From positions 1,920,001-1,984,000 of the forward strand of contig OY970178.1 of assembly GCA_963707915.1 (NCBI GenBank): 64,000 nt of DNA, written 5' to 3'. The position numbers were made by a program, and so were the translations under genes. Below, in pieces: positions 63,026-64,000 of this stretch (positions are counted from its first letter, which is position 1; each line of letters begins with the position of its first letter). Source of the stretch: Candidatus Eiseniibacteriota bacterium. GTDB taxonomy: Bacteria > Eisenbacteria > RBG-16-71-46. The notes under the pieces are model-generated. The model did no database searches and was not told where the DNA came from. It saw only the letters and a list, made by a program, of their open reading frames with translations.

Positions 63026-64000
63026 TCAGCGCCCCCTGCCCGCGGCCGAGTCGGGCGGGCCGGCGGCGTAGCCGATGCCCGACTTCTCGAGGTAGGCGTA
63101 CACGCCCGCGGCTAGCTGGCGCGCGATCTGGGCCTGGAACTCCTCGCTCGCGAGCAGGCGGGCCTCGACCGGGTTGTTGATGAACGCCGTCTCGACCAGC
63201 ACCGAGGGGAACTCCACCGACTTGAGCACGACGAATCCGGCCTGCTTCACGCCGCGCTCCCCGAGCCGGCGGTCGCGGGTGACGTGGTCGAGCAGGCTGG
63301 TGGCGAGCAACTGGCTCTGCTGCAGGGCCGAGGAGCGCTTCACGTCGTACAGGATGCTCACCAGGTCGTCGTCGGCCTGCTGGGGCACGCCGCCGACCAG
63401 GTCGGCCGCGTTCTCCATGTCGGCCAGGTCCTTGGTGGCCTGGTCGGTGGCCCCGCGCAGGGAGAGGAAGTAGACCTCGGTCCCGCTTCCGCTCCCACGC
63501 CGCGGCGAGGAGTTGGCGTGGAGGCTGATGAACAGGTCCGCCCGGGCCTGCTCGGCGATGCGGTAGCGCTCGCGCAGCGGGATGAAGGTGTCGTCGTCGC
63601 GCGTCAGCACCACGCGGATGCCGGGCGTGCGGCCCAGCTCCGCGGCGAGCGCGCGCGCCACGGCCAGGTTGGCCTGCTTCTCCACCACGCCGCGCAGGCC
63701 GCGCGCGCCGGTGTCCTCGCCACCGTGCCCGGCGTCCACGACCACGACGCGCACCCGCGACGGCTTCTTCACCGCGGCGACGGCGGCAGGGACCTGCTCC
63801 ACGGCCGCCCCGGCACCGGGACGCGTCACGTCCACCACGACGCGGAACGGCTTGTCCGGCTCGCCCTCCAGGGTGAAGACGCGGAAGGGCACCGAGTCGC
63901 TCAGCCACACCTGGAAGCGCGCGCCCCGGCGCCCGGTGAGCACCTCGACCGAGTCCACCAGCCCGTCGCGCACCGCGAGCACGGCGGGCACCCCGGCCTC
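63026..64000 (-). CDS. N-acetylmuramoyl-L-alanine amidase (Amidase_3 with AMIN-like region; 5' end outside window)
   Basis: VVDAGHGGED.GA, EK..NL, LTRDDD.FIPL.ER, FISLHAN, PSVLVETAFINN. Confidence 0.92.
   Translation of the reverse strand, partial: EAGVPAVLAVRDGLVDSVEVLTGRRGARFQVWLSDSVPFRVFTLEGEPDKPFRVVVDVTRPGAGAAVEQVPAAVAAVKKPSRVRVVVVDAGHGGEDTGARGLRGVVEKQANLAVARALAAELGRTPGIRVVLTRDDDTFIPLRERYRIAEQARADLFISLHANSSPRRGSGSGTEVYFLSLRGATDQATKDLADMENAADLVGGVPQQADDDLVSILYDVKRSSALQQSQLLATSLLDHVTRDRRLGERGVKQAGFVVLKSVEFPSVLVETAFINNPVEARLLASEEFQAQIARQLAAGVYAYLEKSGIGYAAGPPDSAAGRGR

Overview
Very GC-rich bacterial chromosomal segment. By inference from protein architecture (FG-GAP/NHL secreted proteins with 'PNP' Ig-like tails and a 'SWGRLKALYR' tail, GWxTD protein, murA PGGCAWGPRP) it looks like an FCB-related candidate lineage such as Ca. 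Eisenbacteria; this is not verified. Most genes are on the minus strand. Housekeeping blocks: yicC-gmk-rpoZ-coaBC-udg-dnaB-mlaE-mlaF-mlaD-radA-ispD(F); selB; murA; rpmE-DUF1385-prfA...prmC; rho; lpdA. Interspersed accessory genes: a lower-GC island (large secreted protein plus SRA-like/HNH nuclease), a solo DUF222-like/HNH gene, two GT-C glycosyltransferases, GWxTD, PP2C, NHL and FG-GAP secreted proteins, a sigma54 two-component system coupled to an orphan YbbR, two hybrid histidine kinases sharing a ~1.2 kb near-identical 3' block, a double 5'-nucleotidase and an amidase. The first ~4 kb carries about seven frameshifts, most likely assembly indels. Best novel-system candidate: a four-gene cassette wedged between prfA and prmC (sigma54-type promoter, Yip1-like membrane protein, membrane-anchored CxxC thioredoxin-fold protein, two small Sec-exported Cys-bracketed hydrophobic peptides), followed by a repeat/hairpin element. 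Also notable: a perfect sigma54 promoter with no downstream ORF (candidate sRNA), a long C-rich rho leader, and recurrent apparently leaderless genes. No tRNA, rRNA, CRISPR array or transposase was recognised.
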